From Methanotrichaceae archaeon (GTDB taxonomy: Archaea > Halobacteriota > Methanosarcinia > Methanotrichales > Methanotrichaceae), in assembly GCA_963813075.1 (NCBI GenBank), contig CAWEXU010000017.1:1-64000 (forward strand): a stretch of DNA of 64,000 bases, given 5' to 3'. The notes beneath the pieces are model-generated. The model saw only the letters and a list, made by a program, of their open reading frames with translations. It ran no database searches and was not told where the DNA came from. Made by a program: the position numbers and the translations under genes. Of the stretch, positions 54,538 through 64,000 are shown piece by piece; position 1 is the stretch's first letter, and the number at the start of each line of letters is the position of its first letter.

Positions 54538-55005
54538 TCATCTGCCTTCTGCTCTTCTCTTCTCATAGCTATTCTGACGCTGATAATTATGATTGGGTAT
54601 CAGTTCCGGCTCTGTCATCTCGATAAGCCTGTACTGCCGGTTGTTTCTGTTTCCCCTCTTCTCCAGAAGACCGTCGCGGTTCATCCGTGATAGATATGTA
54701 GAGACGGTGCTGATCTTTATATCATCTGCTACTGTCTCATACCGCTCCCTGAGCTCCTGGGAGGTAAACCAGGTATTGGAGAATTCAAATTTGATAAAGC
54801 TCTCCAGACGGTCCATGAGAGTGCCAGTGCTGCCGTAATCGCGGGTGGGTGCTAATGCACTCCGTTCGTCTTTGCCCTCGAAGATACCGGAAGCGGAGAG
54901 AAATCCTATTATCTTGTCCCTTAAGGCCTCTCCATCCATGTTTTGCGACTCAAATTCATGGATTGATTTGAGTCCGCCATCCTCTATCTCAATCCGGATC
55001 CTCAT
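54538..55005 (-). CDS. Winged-helix DNA-binding protein
   Basis: FTSQELRERY...ISTVSTYLSRMNRDGLLEKRG..QY. Confidence 0.7.
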   Translation of the reverse strand: MRIRIEIEDGGLKSIHEFESQNMDGEALRDKIIGFLSASGIFEGKDERSALAPTRDYGSTGTLMDRLESFIKFEFSNTWFTSQELRERYETVADDIKISTVSTYLSRMNRDGLLEKRGNRNNRQYRLIEMTEPELIPNHNYQRQNSYEKRRAEGR

Positions 55006-55046
55006 CGTCCCCTCCGACTATCCTTCCCGCAGATTGCCCTTCCAGA

Positions 55047-55268
55047 TTACCTTCCGGATACCAATTCCAGAGTTGGAAGGGATATATCTTCCTCAGAGGA
55101 GAACCGTTTGAGGTCTATTCTCCCGTCCTCTCTTATCGTGGAGAATCCCATTCGATCGCATTTCTCCAGGTTCATTTGCAATGTAAATAGCTTGATGTGC
55201 CCTCTCACTTGACTCCCCTCCGCAAATCGATCTATACCGCTTTCTACGGCTTTCTTTATTCGTGCCAT
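55047..55268 (-). CDS. Small hypothetical protein
   Basis: 73-aa ORF with a purine-rich RBS, upstream of the wHTH gene. Confidence 0.45.
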   Translation of the reverse strand: MARIKKAVESGIDRFAEGSQVRGHIKLFTLQMNLEKCDRMGFSTIREDGRIDLKRFSSEEDISLPTLELVSGR

Positions 55269-55921
55269 CCCTTTTATGTCTGGCAGGCAGGCTGAAAGGC
55301 AAGTAGAGCCCGGTCTCCCTTAAACCAGGCTATCTGTCCTTTGTTTTCGCATTCGCTGCCTGTCCACAACTGGTGCATCACAATCCCGGCCCTGTCGCAC
55401 AGATGCTCCCTGCCGTCCCTTCACAGCAACGAGCGACCTGATCTACTCTGGGCATGAAACCGTCTACTGTCTATTCACAGGCCGTCCCTTCCCGGCTGCG
55501 AACAGTCATTTAGACAGATAGTCAAACCAGGATCAGTTATGCACTTCCTTCAGCTACCCCTTGTGCCACTGCCTGTGAGAAGCAAGATGATTGTGAAGTG
55601 TTTTGACCAACTATCGTTAGACCATATGAGATCATCGATATCCCCTTCATTGCTACTCCCGATGCCATCCCTTCTTGGTTTACATTCCAGTTGGACTCAA
55701 GTGAGCACGCCATTAAGAACCATATGTCTCACCACAATATTTATGGCGGAACAGATAGATCCGGTGACCTGGACATGCTCACTGTACACTGCCTCTACTT
55801 CTCAGATATGCTGTAAAGGTTCATCCATCCCCTCAGACGAATAATCCCTCCAACCGCCCTGTCTTACTGTATTCAGACAGGTTGTCTGGCCGTTTTGGCA
55901 CAATATTAAACTGGTTTCGGT

Positions 55922-55940
55922 GGTATATAAAACTTTCTAA
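55922..55940 (-). promoter_or_regulatory. BRE/TATA promoter
   Basis: Minus strand reads AGAAAG-TTTTATATA. Confidence 0.45.
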
Positions 55941-56505
55941 TAGTCGGTAGTTGTGGTTAATTGCTTAAAACATCTATTAGAGCTTATTTTCGAAAATAAA
56001 GCCCAAATAGTAGTCAGAATAGTATTTCACAGCGGAGTCATTTGACAGGCAAATACCATTAAAATGGGTTGTGAAAAGAAAGTTCAGGCGACTACTACTA
56101 TCATAATGGCTATCAGTAGGCTTCATAATTTTGCGCGGTGAAGATTTATCCTTGTGAAATGATTTCACAGAGGCCTGCTAATATCGAAATTTTTGTGAAA
56201 TGACTGTATCATCCTGCATTATGACAAAAAAAATTAATTATGTTGTGCGCGCGAAGCTTGCGGCACAAAGGTGAATATGAGCCGGGTTCGGTCATGCCTC
56301 CGTCAAAAACAGCGATTTGATTGAGTAAAATCTAGAAATTTAAAAGGGTTTTAGGATGCCTGGTGGGGCTCGAAGTATTCATCTATCAACCAGTCTCCGA
56401 CCTCCTTAAGATATCTGCGCCTTCGCTCGTCTTCAGCAATTAATTGAAAAACCTCGGAGAGATCCTCGTCCATTGAACCTTAATATTCGCTTGCGGCATT
56501 TAAAC

Positions 56506-57318
56506 CTATCGTATGGTCGAGCCCTGCCCAATGCCAATTCCCCTGGCCAGGATCAAAGCAACACAGTAAGGCTCAGAGCTTCGCTTCAGGGGACCGGCAT
56601 GAATGGGGTGGTCTCCGCAAATGATCAGCAGGGTCTTCTCATCTGCCTCCTCTGCAATTTTGCCAATACAGCGATCGATATACAGAGCGGCACTGCGGAT
56701 GCCATGCCAATCCCGGCCCAGGTGGACGCTCTTATCGATCCCTATGAAATAGGAGACGAGAAGCCTGGGGTTCTCCCGCAGGGATTGGATAGTTACCTGG
56801 CAGGCCTCCCGATCGAACTCCTCCGGCGGAATTCGGTCTGATATTCCGTGGATAATCTCTATCAGGCCCTCATAGACCTCCGCCCCATTGGTCTCCATTA
56901 TCACTGCGGACTTCAGACCGGCAGCGCTGGCAATCTCCGGCAGGCTGAGGATGCTTGATGTCTTCGCCCCCGCTTTGTCCAATATCCCGTGGTGCTCGGG
57001 CACCAGGCCGCTCAGAATGCTGGCTATGGCCGGAGTGGTGTGATTGGAGACCGCCCTTGCCCGGATGAGATATCCTTCATCGATAAGGCGGGACATGTTC
57101 TCCATCCGAACCAGGAGGTGCGCCATAAGATCGTATCCCAGGCTGTCTACGATTATGATGGCAGCATTCCTGCAGCCCCAGCTTTCCACCAGATCGATCG
57201 TCTGGCCGTCATTGTGGGGAAGCTCGATTCCCAGCAGCCGGGCAACAGTGGGTGCAATATCCAGCTGGCTATATCTCCGATCTGATTTTACGGTGGTCAT
57301 GAACATCCGCTTTCCCAC
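56506..57318 (-). CDS. Alkaline phosphatase superfamily protein
   Basis: IIVDSLG, TTPAIASILSG..PEHHGI, ICGDH. Confidence 0.8.
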   Translation of the reverse strand: MGKRMFMTTVKSDRRYSQLDIAPTVARLLGIELPHNDGQTIDLVESWGCRNAAIIIVDSLGYDLMAHLLVRMENMSRLIDEGYLIRARAVSNHTTPAIASILSGLVPEHHGILDKAGAKTSSILSLPEIASAAGLKSAVIMETNGAEVYEGLIEIIHGISDRIPPEEFDREACQVTIQSLRENPRLLVSYFIGIDKSVHLGRDWHGIRSAALYIDRCIGKIAEEADEKTLLIICGDHPIHAGPLKRSSEPYCVALILARGIGIGQGSTIR

Positions 57319-57427
57319 ACTATTTGCGCCATATAATATCCCTCCGGGTCATTGCTATGCATAAAAAAAAGCTCGCTTTGAAGGCTGACTTTTATATAAG
57401 AAAAGAGAAAACGGAAAGCGTGAAATC

Positions 57428-57838
57428 ATGATAGAAAAAAAGATCTCCCTGATCATTCTTATTATCATAGCGTCCTGGATTATGGGAGAGAGCATGGCCT
57501 CGGATGTGGATATCGACTACAGTCATAAAGTCGCCGGAACGGGCACCGTCATGACCGATTTTGAGATGGGCTCTTTAGATAGCACAAAAGCCATAGGAGT
57601 GGTTCACGGCACAGGCGAGGTGATGAACAAATACCTATTTCTCTCCAACAACTCCGAGAACGTCACCATTCTGGACCAATTCCTCTTCACAAAAGCTCAA
57701 CCATCCAATGATACCTCCATTGAAATATACCCCAGGATGGAGCGAAAAGAAGGGAGCTTCAGGCTGCTGGGGACGGACTGGTCGGGAAATATAAATTCAT
57801 TCGCAGGATCATTTTCGCCCCAGGCCAAAGATTTATAA
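57428..57838 (+). CDS. Secreted hypothetical protein
   Basis: 136-aa ORF with an N-terminal hydrophobic signal. Confidence 0.6.
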   Translation: MIEKKISLIILIIIASWIMGESMASDVDIDYSHKVAGTGTVMTDFEMGSLDSTKAIGVVHGTGEVMNKYLFLSNNSENVTILDQFLFTKAQPSNDTSIEIYPRMERKEGSFRLLGTDWSGNINSFAGSFSPQAKDL

Positions 57839-57862
57839 ATATTCCTCAAAATTGTAAGGGAC

Positions 57863-59308
57863 ATGGCAGAAGGGGCAAAGGCCAAAAGTGCATCTGCAGG
57901 CTTCGATGAGCTGAACAGACTGTGCCGAGAGTGCAAAGATGAGGTCTCCAGGAGAAAGGAGATTTTAGTGGTCTCCCATGTGGATGCGGATGGTCTCACT
58001 GCATCCGCCATCATCTGCACCGCCCTGGAGAGGAGGAACATCGACTTTAAACCCCTCTTCTTCCGCCAGCTGGATGACAGCGCCCTGGATGAGGTTGCCG
58101 ACCAGGGCTCAGATCTTGTCATATTCACCGATCTGGGCAGCGGGATGATCCAGGAGATAATGGACCGGAAACTGGATGCAATAGTGGCCGACCATCACAA
58201 ACCCCAGGAATGCCCATCACAACCCCTGGCCCATATCAATCCCCATCTGGTGGGAGCGGACGGAGCAAACCAGCTCAGCGGAAGCGGCAGCACTTTTCTT
58301 CTGGCCAGAGCTCTGGCATCAGCCCCGGGGGCAAACGACGATCTGGCAGCACTGGCTGTGGTGGGGGCGGTGGGAGACCTGCAGGATATGGCCCGCGGCC
58401 AGCTTATCGGTCTGAACCGCTGCATCCTGGACATAGGCTCAAGAGCAAAAGCGGTCGATTTTTCCAGAGACATCAAGCTCTTCGGCAGACAGACCCGTCC
58501 GGTCTATAAGATGCTGGAGTACTGCCAGGACCCATACCTCCCCGGCCTCTCGGGCAAAGAGGACGCTTGCATTGCTTTCCTTAAAGAGATCGGAATCCGT
58601 CTGGGTGGAGAGAAGTGGCGGCGCTGGATAGACCTCAACCAGGAGGAGAAAGCCTCAGTGGTCACAGCCATCATTCAAAAAGGATTGCGTTGCGGCGTCT
58701 CCAATATCCGGCTGGAGCGGCTGATAGGTGAGGTCTACATCTTGCTGAAGGAGCGGGAGGGAACTGAGCTGCGAGATGCCTCCGAGTATTCGACCCTGCT
58801 GAACGCCACCGCCCGGTATGGCCACGCCGGGGTGGGCCTGGAGGTCTGCATGGGGAATAGAGATAAGGCCTTCGATGAGGCCCATAAGCTCCTGGGCCAG
58901 CACCGCCAGAACCTGGTCAATGGCCTGAAGCTGGTCTCCCAGAGGGGAATCACTCCTCTGAACAGTATCCAGTACTTCGATGCTGGAGACGAAATTCTGG
59001 ACACAATCGTGGGAATAGTAGCCGGAATGAGCTTCCAGATGGCAGACCGCAGCCGGCCCATACTCGCCTTCGCCAAAAACGAACAGGGAGATCTCAAGGT
59101 ATCCGCCCGCGGGACCCAGGACCTGGTACGAGCCGGCCTGGACTTAGCTCATGCCCTCTCCCTCTCTGCCCGGGCGGTGGGAGGAGTGGGCGGAGGCCAC
59201 AACGTCGCCGCTGGAGCGACCATTCCCCTGCAGGCAAAGGAGGAGTTCCTGGAGAGGATGGACCGCATAGTAGCCGAGCAGCTTGCCTTGAGAAATAATA
59301 TAAAATAA
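57863..59308 (+). CDS. recJ: RecJ-like DHH/DHHA1 exonuclease
   Basis: SHVDADG, TDLGSG, ADHH, KVSARG, GGGHNVAAG. Confidence 0.9.
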   Translation: MAEGAKAKSASAGFDELNRLCRECKDEVSRRKEILVVSHVDADGLTASAIICTALERRNIDFKPLFFRQLDDSALDEVADQGSDLVIFTDLGSGMIQEIMDRKLDAIVADHHKPQECPSQPLAHINPHLVGADGANQLSGSGSTFLLARALASAPGANDDLAALAVVGAVGDLQDMARGQLIGLNRCILDIGSRAKAVDFSRDIKLFGRQTRPVYKMLEYCQDPYLPGLSGKEDACIAFLKEIGIRLGGEKWRRWIDLNQEEKASVVTAIIQKGLRCGVSNIRLERLIGEVYILLKEREGTELRDASEYSTLLNATARYGHAGVGLEVCMGNRDKAFDEAHKLLGQHRQNLVNGLKLVSQRGITPLNSIQYFDAGDEILDTIVGIVAGMSFQMADRSRPILAFAKNEQGDLKVSARGTQDLVRAGLDLAHALSLSARAVGGVGGGHNVAAGATIPLQAKEEFLERMDRIVAEQLALRNNIK

Positions 59309-59314
59309 ATTATC

Positions 59315-59758
59315 TTATGTGCAGGGTAAAGAGCCGTAACCGCACTCTTTCATATGGTCCTTGGCCACCAGTATCTGCTCCTCAATGCTGAAGTTGCCCA
59401 CAAAGAGGTGGTTTATACGCGACTGTTCGTGCCTCTTGTTACCGGTCTCTGGATCCAGTACCAGATAGCCTAAGCGCCCTATGCCGATGAAATCAGCATC
59501 AATTGTGATCTCGGTGAGGTTGGCCTCTGTTCGAAGCTCCATCTTTGTCGATAGGCGAGTGGCATCGGTAACCTCCACGTTCGCCGTCGTCATCAGGGGG
59601 ATGTTATTGACTTTAGTGCTATCACGAAACTTCTGGTCATAGGAGAAGAGATGGGCATTGGGATTACTCTTGCTGCCGATCTCCATCACATAATGCTCTG
59701 CATTGATCGGAACCAGGAGGATGAACAGAATCATCAAGCCTGAGAGTCCCGCTACCAT
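59315..59758 (-). CDS. Secreted hypothetical protein
   Basis: 147-aa ORF with a signal peptide. Confidence 0.6.
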   Translation of the reverse strand: MVAGLSGLMILFILLVPINAEHYVMEIGSKSNPNAHLFSYDQKFRDSTKVNNIPLMTTANVEVTDATRLSTKMELRTEANLTEITIDADFIGIGRLGYLVLDPETGNKRHEQSRINHLFVGNFSIEEQILVAKDHMKECGYGSLPCT

Positions 59759-59794
59759 CTGGCCTCTTGTCGCTATAATCGTATCACTGCTCCC

Positions 59795-60706
59795 TCAAAG
59801 GTCTCTAAACAGGCTCCACCAATACTCTTCGTCCATCTCGGCGGAATATACAGTTACCGCCGGACCTTCCATAAATGCCTTCTCCCCAACAAATGTTATG
59901 ATCAACGGCCCGCCTCTCGTCTCCACCAGGACCTCATCCCCGACCAGACCCAGCCGGCGGGCAACGCTGGCGGAAGCAACCGCACCTGTTCCGCAGGAGA
60001 AGGTCTCGCCCTCTACTCCCCGCTCGAAGGTCCTGATCTGCAATGGCGATCCTGCTACGACGAAGTTCACATTGGCCCCCTCTGGAAAGAGACTGCTATG
60101 CCTGATTGCTGGTGCGGCATCATGGATATTGATATCCAGGTCTTCCACGAAGATAACGGCATGGGGAACGCCGGTATTGACCGCGGAGACCGCATAGTCG
60201 CCCATCTTTTCATTTATCAGATCGCCAGAACCGCAGGCCGGGATGGATGGCCGATTGAACCTGGGTGCACCCATATCCACCCTGGCCCAGAATCCCCCAT
60301 CCCTCTCCCGGACCTCAACCGGAATTATGCCCGCCAGGGTCTCCACATCAAAGGACTGTCCCACATATCCCGTCTCCCAGGCGTATTTGGCAAGGCAGCG
60401 TATGCCATTGCCGCACATCTCCGCCTCTGAGCCGTCCGGCTGGAAGAGCCTCATGCCCGTGTCCGCTCGCTGGCTGTTTACCAGGAACAGGACCCCATCT
60501 GCTCCGATGCCGAAGTTGCGGCGGCAGCAGGCGATCGCAAATCTCTTCTTGGCGCTCTCAGCCACAAGCTCCCTTGAGATCTCATCAATGAGGATGAAAT
60601 CATTGCCGTTCCCGTGCAGCTTGGCAAAGCCAAGGCTGCGTGGACGAAAGGGATCGTCTTCGAGCTCTATCTCAGAAATCTCTGCCAGCTTCATTTTATA
60701 TACCAT
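59795..60706 (-). CDS. dapF: Diaminopimelate epimerase
   Basis: KLHGNGNDF, GIGADG, EMCGNG, GVPH, ERGVEGETFSCGTG. Confidence 0.95.
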   Translation of the reverse strand: MVYKMKLAEISEIELEDDPFRPRSLGFAKLHGNGNDFILIDEISRELVAESAKKRFAIACCRRNFGIGADGVLFLVNSQRADTGMRLFQPDGSEAEMCGNGIRCLAKYAWETGYVGQSFDVETLAGIIPVEVRERDGGFWARVDMGAPRFNRPSIPACGSGDLINEKMGDYAVSAVNTGVPHAVIFVEDLDINIHDAAPAIRHSSLFPEGANVNFVVAGSPLQIRTFERGVEGETFSCGTGAVASASVARRLGLVGDEVLVETRGGPLIITFVGEKAFMEGPAVTVYSAEMDEEYWWSLFRDL

Positions 60707-60750
60707 GCATCCTTTTGCTAAAGCTTGTTATGTTGTGGAGGTGATGTAAT

Positions 60751-62035
60751 ATTAAACCCATTCTACAGGTGGCAATGGATCTTCTGGATCTGGACAGGTC
60801 AATTCAGATAGCCAAAGAGGCGGTCCTTGGTGGAGCGGACTGGATCGAGGCCGGGACCCCCCTCATCAAGAGCGAGGGCATGGACTCCGTGCGCGAGATG
60901 AAAAAAGCCCTCCCCGGTACAAAGATCGTGGCGGATATGAAGACTGTAGACACCGGGGCCATGGAGGTGGAGATGGCGGCCAAGGCCGGGGCAGATGTAG
61001 TGGCACTCTTAGCCGCATCCGACAACTCCACCGTCGAGGATGCTCTGCGTGCGGCGCGCAAGTACGGTGTAAAGATAATGATGGACCTGATCACCGTTCC
61101 CGATCCGGTTGGTCGCTCCCGTGAGCTGGAAGAACTGGGAGTGGATTACATCTGCGTTCATGTGGGAATAGATCAGCAGATGACCGGCAAGGACACCATA
61201 GATTTTCTGAAGCAGATTGTCAAAGAGGTGAAGATCCCCGTTGCCGCCGCAGGGGGTATGGACGCAGCCACTGCTGCGGATGCCGTGGCCAATGGTGCTG
61301 CCATCGTCATCGTTGGCGGAAGCATAGTTCGCAGCGCGAATGTGACCGAATCGGCCCGGAAGATTCGCGATTCTATCGATAATGCTCAAGCCAGCACTGC
61401 CCCCAGGATAAGCCTGGAGGAGGAGCTTGTATCCCTGCTGCGCAGTGTATCCTCATCCAACATCTCCGATGCCATGCACCGCAAAGGGGCCATGCGCGGG
61501 ATTCATCCTCTCATCCCGGGAAAGAAGATCGTGGGCAGGGCAATCACTGTGCAGACCTTCGCCGGCGACTGGGCAAAACCGGTCGAGGCCATCGACATGG
61601 CCGGTCCGGGCGACGTGCTGGTGATCTACAACGGAAGCAACAACATCGCCCCCTGGGGAGGACTGGCCACCCTGAGCTGCAAGATCCGGGGGGTAGAGGG
61701 TGTGGTCGTCGACGGCGCAGTACGGGACCTGCAGGAGATAAGGCCCATGGACTATCCTCTCTTCTCCTCGGATGTGGTTCCCAATGCCGGGGACCCCAAA
61801 GGCATGGGAGAGATCAACTCTGAGATCAGTCTGCGGCGGCCAGACGGTCCGGCCCGGCGACTATATCGTTGGCGATGACAGCGGAGTGGTGGTGATTCCC
61901 AAAGAGAGAGCCTATGAGATTGCGAGAAGAGCAAAAGAGGTCGAGAAGACGGAAGAGAGGCTCTTTGAGGAGATCCGCCGGGGAAAAACTCTATCTCAGG
62001 TGGTAAGCCTGCAGAAATGGGAGAAGATCGGATAG
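60751..62035 (+). CDS. 3-hexulose-6-phosphate synthase-like domain fused to an RraA/HMG-aldolase domain (frameshift near 61830)
   Basis: [34 protein letters not shown], then SNISDAM, VDGAVRD and [16 protein letters not shown]. Confidence 0.85.
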
Positions 62036-62218
62036 CAAGCCGTAAATAGATGGAAATATTTTGAAAAAAGGCGCAAAAGTGTTGGGAGATATGGCAGAGG
62101 TATGGAGAACTTGATGCCAGTCAATCAAAAACAGACGCCAGCCAATAGGGTAACAGAAGCACTATAGCGACATACACCAACCGGTGGGTTGATAAGATCG
62201 ATTTCGAGGAGAATTATA

Positions 62219-63113
62219 ATGGAACTGGACGATATCATTTCCAAGTACCCGCCCAAGCAGATGATGCTGATTCCCGTAATCATCATCATCTTAGCATTGA
62301 TCAGCCTGGGTGTAACCTATCTCAACACGGGATCGCCCGTGAATCTGGGGATAGAGTTTACGGGAGGCACATTAGCAACAGTGCCAGCTACAGAATCTAA
62401 AGATGCCGTGTTCGGAGAGTATGATAAGTACCCTCTGGCCGATGTGAGAGACGTGGGCAGCCGATACATGATTCAGTTCGGCCCCATGAGCGATGAGGAG
62501 TATACAGCGCTTGCCCAGCAGATTGTCGACAAGTACGGCGATGATGCTGAGATCAGGCATATGGGACCTATATACAGCCAGGAGCTCCAGGCTCAGGTTG
62601 TCAGATACCTTCCAATTTCCTTCCTGCTCATGGCCATAGTGGTATTCATAATATTCAGGCAGTTCTTTGTCTCATTGCTGATAGTGCTCTGCGCTCTGGC
62701 TGACATCCTGACGGCAGCGGCATCCATGAACCTGACTGGAATTCAGCTCTCCCTGGGGACAGTGGCTGCGCTTTTAATGCTCATCGGTTACTCTGTTGAT
62801 ACCGATATTCTGCTCACTATGAGGGTTTTGAAGCGCAAAGGGGCAACTGATGAGAAGATCAAAGGAGCGATGGGTACAGGCCTGACCATGGCCGCAACCA
62901 CATTGGGCTGCTGTGATCGCCCTTATACTCGTCTCCAACTTCCTTCACCTCATAGTGCCCTCATTCAGCCGGATGGATGTCATCGCCGATATGACAATGG
63001 TTCTCATCTTCGGCCTGGCGGCTGATTTACTGAACACCTGGATCACCAACGCTCAGGGGCTCAGATGGTACCTGAGCCGGCCTCGCAAGGCGGCAAGGGG
63101 GCAGAAGAGATGA
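62219..63113 (+). CDS. secF: Protein translocase subunit SecF (frameshift near 62908)
   Basis: LGIEFTGG, LMLIGYSVDTDILL, DLLNTWITNA. Confidence 0.92.
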
Positions 63114-64000
63114 GCCTTATACAAGACCTGTCCCGGGATAAGAGGGTATTATTATTCGCCCTGTTCCTGGCGGCGGCGTTGATCTGTTTGGGAGCCTTCG
63201 GCCTCAAGTACGGCCTGGACCTTCAGGGCGGATCGTATCTGCAGCTCAAGCTGCAGGGGGGTATGGCCCAGGTGGATGCGGATCCTGAGAGCATTCTCCA
63301 GTATCAGTTCGACACCAACTCCGTGGAAAAGCATGGTGACAGCTATATTGTGACTGTGCCGGGCAAGATCGATCCGACGCTTCCCGCCGACCTGGGATAT
63401 CTGGGGGCGGAGATGGCGGAGCTTGCCAACGGCACCAAGATCACCATACCAGCCGCTCCCGAGACCATAATCATCACCTATCTGCAAAAGAGCCTTGATG
63501 CTGACGTCAAGATCGTGCAGTTTGCCCCCGTCCTGTATGAGATCAGGACCAATGTCACCAGGGAATCGCTGGATGCCATACTCGCTCCGGTGGGTGGAAA
63601 GGTGCCTGCTGGCGAGGATACCTTCATCGAGGGTCTGACCCAGGAGACGGTGGAAGAGACGAAAAGGGTTCTTGACTCCAAGCTCAACCGCCTGGGGCTG
63701 CAGGACATCAGAGTGAGGATGGTGGACAACAAATACATCCTCATCGACCTGGCGGGAATGGATGTGGCCTCTGCTCAGGATATTGTGGGCAAGCCCGGCA
63801 AGTTCGAGATCAGGATCCAGACGGAAAACAACGAGACCATGCATGTCCTCTATGGTGACGCAGTGGAGTCTGTGGACATCCCCCGAGGAGATCAGAATAG
63901 CCAGTGGGGCGTGCCTTTCACTCTCTCTGAGGAGGGAGCGGCCGCCTTCCAGAAGGCAGCCATAGACACCGGCGCGGTCAAAGATCCCCAGGCTCACCCC
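63110..64000 (+). CDS. secD: Protein translocase subunit SecD (runs off the window)
   Basis: ATG overlaps the secF stop; LKYGLDLQGGS, KLNRLGLQD, VGKPGKFEI. Confidence 0.92.
   Translation, partial: MSLIQDLSRDKRVLLFALFLAAALICLGAFGLKYGLDLQGGSYLQLKLQGGMAQVDADPESILQYQFDTNSVEKHGDSYIVTVPGKIDPTLPADLGYLGAEMAELANGTKITIPAAPETIIITYLQKSLDADVKIVQFAPVLYEIRTNVTRESLDAILAPVGGKVPAGEDTFIEGLTQETVEETKRVLDSKLNRLGLQDIRVRMVDNKYILIDLAGMDVASAQDIVGKPGKFEIRIQTENNETMHVLYGDAVESVDIPRGDQNSQWGVPFTLSEEGAAAFQKAAIDTGAVKDPQAHP

Noticed and set aside
19647..63113. Programmed frameshifting in the split genes (artA, TPR, hps fusion, secF and others)
   Set aside because: No shared slippery motif, and the pattern fits random sequencing indels.
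63152..63997. 281-aa minus-strand ORF
   Set aside because: Antisense shadow of secD.

Overview
Archaeal chromosome segment, most likely from a Methanothrix (Methanosaeta)-like methanogen. This is inferred from two-subunit ATP-citrate lyase, a DUF39/ferredoxin methanogen marker, artA-pssD-pssA, an hps-RraA fusion and CTP-dependent ribK. The first ~8.1 kb is an unusual defence island. It holds the 3' part of a family A DNA polymerase convergent with a CRISPR array (16 repeats, 15 spacers), cas2 and a cas4-cas1 fusion, with no interference genes in the window. It also holds a membrane protein, two csx3 (ring nuclease) copies hidden by frameshifts plus csx3 remnants, and a PIN/RHH toxin-antitoxin pair. 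A repeated promoter motif (6-7 copies) and a ~130-190 nt structured non-coding element (3 copies plus 1 partial) with compensatory hairpin changes run through the island. The rest is mostly housekeeping and surface genes: uvrA, S8 proteases, ABC permeases, guaAB, thiI, tRNA-Pro, aclBA, an aconitase-family large subunit, recJ-like, dapF and secFD. A probable accessory block at ~33.5-42.4 kb holds a GMC oxidase, an unknown three-gene operon, a LigD phosphoesterase and a KGG stress protein. Many genes carry single-base frameshifts, probably long-read indel errors, so pseudogene calls are uncertain.
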